64,000 nucleotides of DNA. Origin: Sarea resinae (lineage: Eukaryota). The notes beneath the pieces are model-generated. The model did no database searches. It had not been told where the DNA came from and worked only from the letters and a program-made list of their open reading frames with translations. Location of the stretch: positions 248,001 through 312,000 of the forward strand of contig JAPEUD010000015.1 in NCBI GenBank assembly GCA_026026165.1, given 5' to 3'. Positions 62,235-64,000 of this stretch are shown here, in pieces. A program made the translations under genes and the position numbers. How positions within the stretch are numbered: position 1 is the first letter of the stretch; every line of letters begins with the position of its first letter.

Positions 62235-64000
62235 ATGGTAGATGGAAACGGCGAATCCAGGTACGGTCCTCGGCCATCTTCCCTAATAGCACATCTGATG
62301 TTTGATAGGCGGAAATTCTCCGCATCGTCGGGTAAACAAGCCTCTAAGGATGGAGGACGATTGCAGAACAACTTGGGACGCGCGCCCACCTCTTCATCTG
62401 CCCAACGAGTAATATCTACTTCCTCCAGTCGATCGAGTCTGGCCGTGTCATCTCCCAAGTCGAGCTCCACTCAGGTGATGGGTTCACTCGACTCCGAATA
62501 TGGGCCAACACCACCGACATCGAGCAGCGGGTCGATAGGCTTCCGAACAAATATATTCCGTTCGGGCAGGGAGAAGGCGGGTTCGATTCGAGAGGAAGCA
62601 GAGAATGACGTTCCGGAAACTACGCTCACGGCTTTGCCTGCTCCAGGAGGCGAGACTGCTGCCTCTCGCGGAAGAGCACGGAAAGGGTCCAATGCCAAGT
62701 TGACGAGAAAGCCCAGCAACAAGGACCGAGGAGCGCCTTCGAATAGCCCCACCCGGGGAACGTCGTACGAAAGCGATAGTTCAGAAGGTCAGCAGGATGT
62801 GAGAAGGGGTTCTGTGATAGGAAAGGTTGCACAAAAGGCAAAACTGGTTCTACCGTCCAAGCGGAATCAGAGGGAAGCTGGTGGCTTGAAGATAGCCACC
62901 AAATCCACACCTTCGTCGCCTTCGTTACAGAGCTCACCTGCGATGGAAATGGCGTCACACGAGGCCGATTATTCCTCGGAGAGTAGCGACGACGGGCGCA
63001 ACGACTACAAATCTATCCGATCATATAAGGGAAAGCAAGACGACCGACAGTCGATTCGAGGCAGCTCTCGACCACAATTGGCCGGCGCGTATAATAGCTC
63101 AAGGGAGAAGGATCTGTTCGGCAGTGTCTCGCCTCGAGATGGGAACATTCTGGACGCTGAATCCATCCTGTCGAGGAATATCACTGCAGAAATGACGGCG
63201 CAGAACAGAGGACAAGCTTCTACGACGAAACCGCCTCCCAACGTTAAACGAATCGAGAAGATTATGGATATGTCAACGCTTAGTTTGGACGAGGAAAAGA
63301 AAACCCCAGATCGGCCCTCTTCCGCAAAGCCAACAGATGGATCAAATGCCGACAAGCCAAAAGACGCTGCTTCGGGTTCTTCTTCGGGAAGAATGCCCAG
63401 TTCAAGGTCGAACGATTCACTATCAGGAATCTCGACTCAAATGCATAAATCGCGCTCAACCGAGAAGATCTTAAATCGTCCAGCTGCACCGAGATCGACC
63501 TCAGCTATCAAGCTTAATTCTTCTGCATCGACCTTGGACGGGCACGTCGCAAGAGCAGAGACGGCACCATTTAAACAGAGGCGTTTGCCAATTTATTCTC
63601 CACCAATTCCAGATCCAGAGAAGGCTCCAAAGGTAGAATCTGCACCGCCAAGTGGGATGTACTGGGCTCGTCCTCAAACATGCGGATACGACCACTCGGC
63701 ATTTCGAGCTCATACTACTAGCCTAGTCGGCAGCAACATTTTCGTCTTCGGTGGTTGCGACGCCAAGTCCTGCTTTAATACCCTCTACGCTTTTGACGCA
63801 GATTGCCTATTCTGGTCGCAGCCACGCTGCACTGGCGAGAAACCGCCTCCCTTGCGAGCCATGACCACGACGGCTGTGGGCAAGAAACTCGTCATCTTTG
63901 GCGGCGGAGATGGTCCTACATACTACAATGACCTCTACGTCCTCGACACCGTCAATTTTCGCTTCAGAAAACCCAAAATCAATGGAATCCTCCCATCAAA
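62235..64000 (+). CDS. Kelch-repeat protein with a long Ser/Arg-rich disordered N-terminus; 3'-truncated by window edge
   Basis: Frame is open from ATG 62235 to the window end (probable 48-nt intron 62261-62308). Kelch repeats: 'RAHTTSLVGSNIFVFGGCD..FNTLYAFD', 'PPPLRAMTTTAVGKKLVIFGGGDGPTYYNDLYVLD'. It is absent from the ORF track, presumably because the stop lies outside the window. Confidence 0.85.
   Translation, partial: MVDGNGESRYGPRPSSLIAHLMFDRRKFSASSGKQASKDGGRLQNNLGRAPTSSSAQRVISTSSSRSSLAVSSPKSSSTQVMGSLDSEYGPTPPTSSSGSIGFRTNIFRSGREKAGSIREEAENDVPETTLTALPAPGGETAASRGRARKGSNAKLTRKPSNKDRGAPSNSPTRGTSYESDSSEGQQDVRRGSVIGKVAQKAKLVLPSKRNQREAGGLKIATKSTPSSPSLQSSPAMEMASHEADYSSESSDDGRNDYKSIRSYKGKQDDRQSIRGSSRPQLAGAYNSSREKDLFGSVSPRDGNILDAESILSRNITAEMTAQNRGQASTTKPPPNVKRIEKIMDMSTLSLDEEKKTPDRPSSAKPTDGSNADKPKDAASGSSSGRMPSSRSNDSLSGISTQMHKSRSTEKILNRPAAPRSTSAIKLNSSASTLDGHVARAETAPFKQRRLPIYSPPIPDPEKAPKVESAPPSGMYWARPQTCGYDHSAFRAHTTSLVGSNIFVFGGCDAKSCFNTLYAFDADCLFWSQPRCTGEKPPPLRAMTTTAVGKKLVIFGGGDGPTYYNDLYVLDTVNFRFRKPKINGILPS

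Overview
This is intron-rich DNA from a filamentous ascomycete (Pezizomycotina-type): short GT-AG introns with CTRAC branch points and many microsatellites. It carries about 21 protein-coding genes, mostly conserved housekeeping genes: TRS130 (partial), a Hook adaptor, an I9 protease-inhibitor-like protein, PCF11, a Gfo/Idh/MocA dehydrogenase, ADK1, RPN8, an SWS1-like SWIM protein, GGC1, NCE101, ATG8, HEM13, GIS2/CNBP, an F-box protein, SAE2/CtIP, a SWIRM protein, CDC50/LEM3, an M43 metalloprotease, TMA64/eIF2D and a kelch protein (partial). The less ordinary parts are: (i) a stand-alone, intact Ty1/copia-type Gag ORF with a TATA box and no LTR or pol (57.9-58.5 kb); (ii) two accessory islands (about 3.7-7.4 kb and 23.2-27.6 kb), each with an array of repeats whose hairpins stay paired on the minus strand through G-U wobble or compensatory changes; (iii) a cluster of minus-strand splice signals with no recognisable product; (iv) a gene-free stretch of about 7.8 kb upstream of the SWIRM gene, enriched for the palindrome AGGTACCT. 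All calls come from reading motifs by eye. No database search or folding program was run, and exon boundaries are manual.
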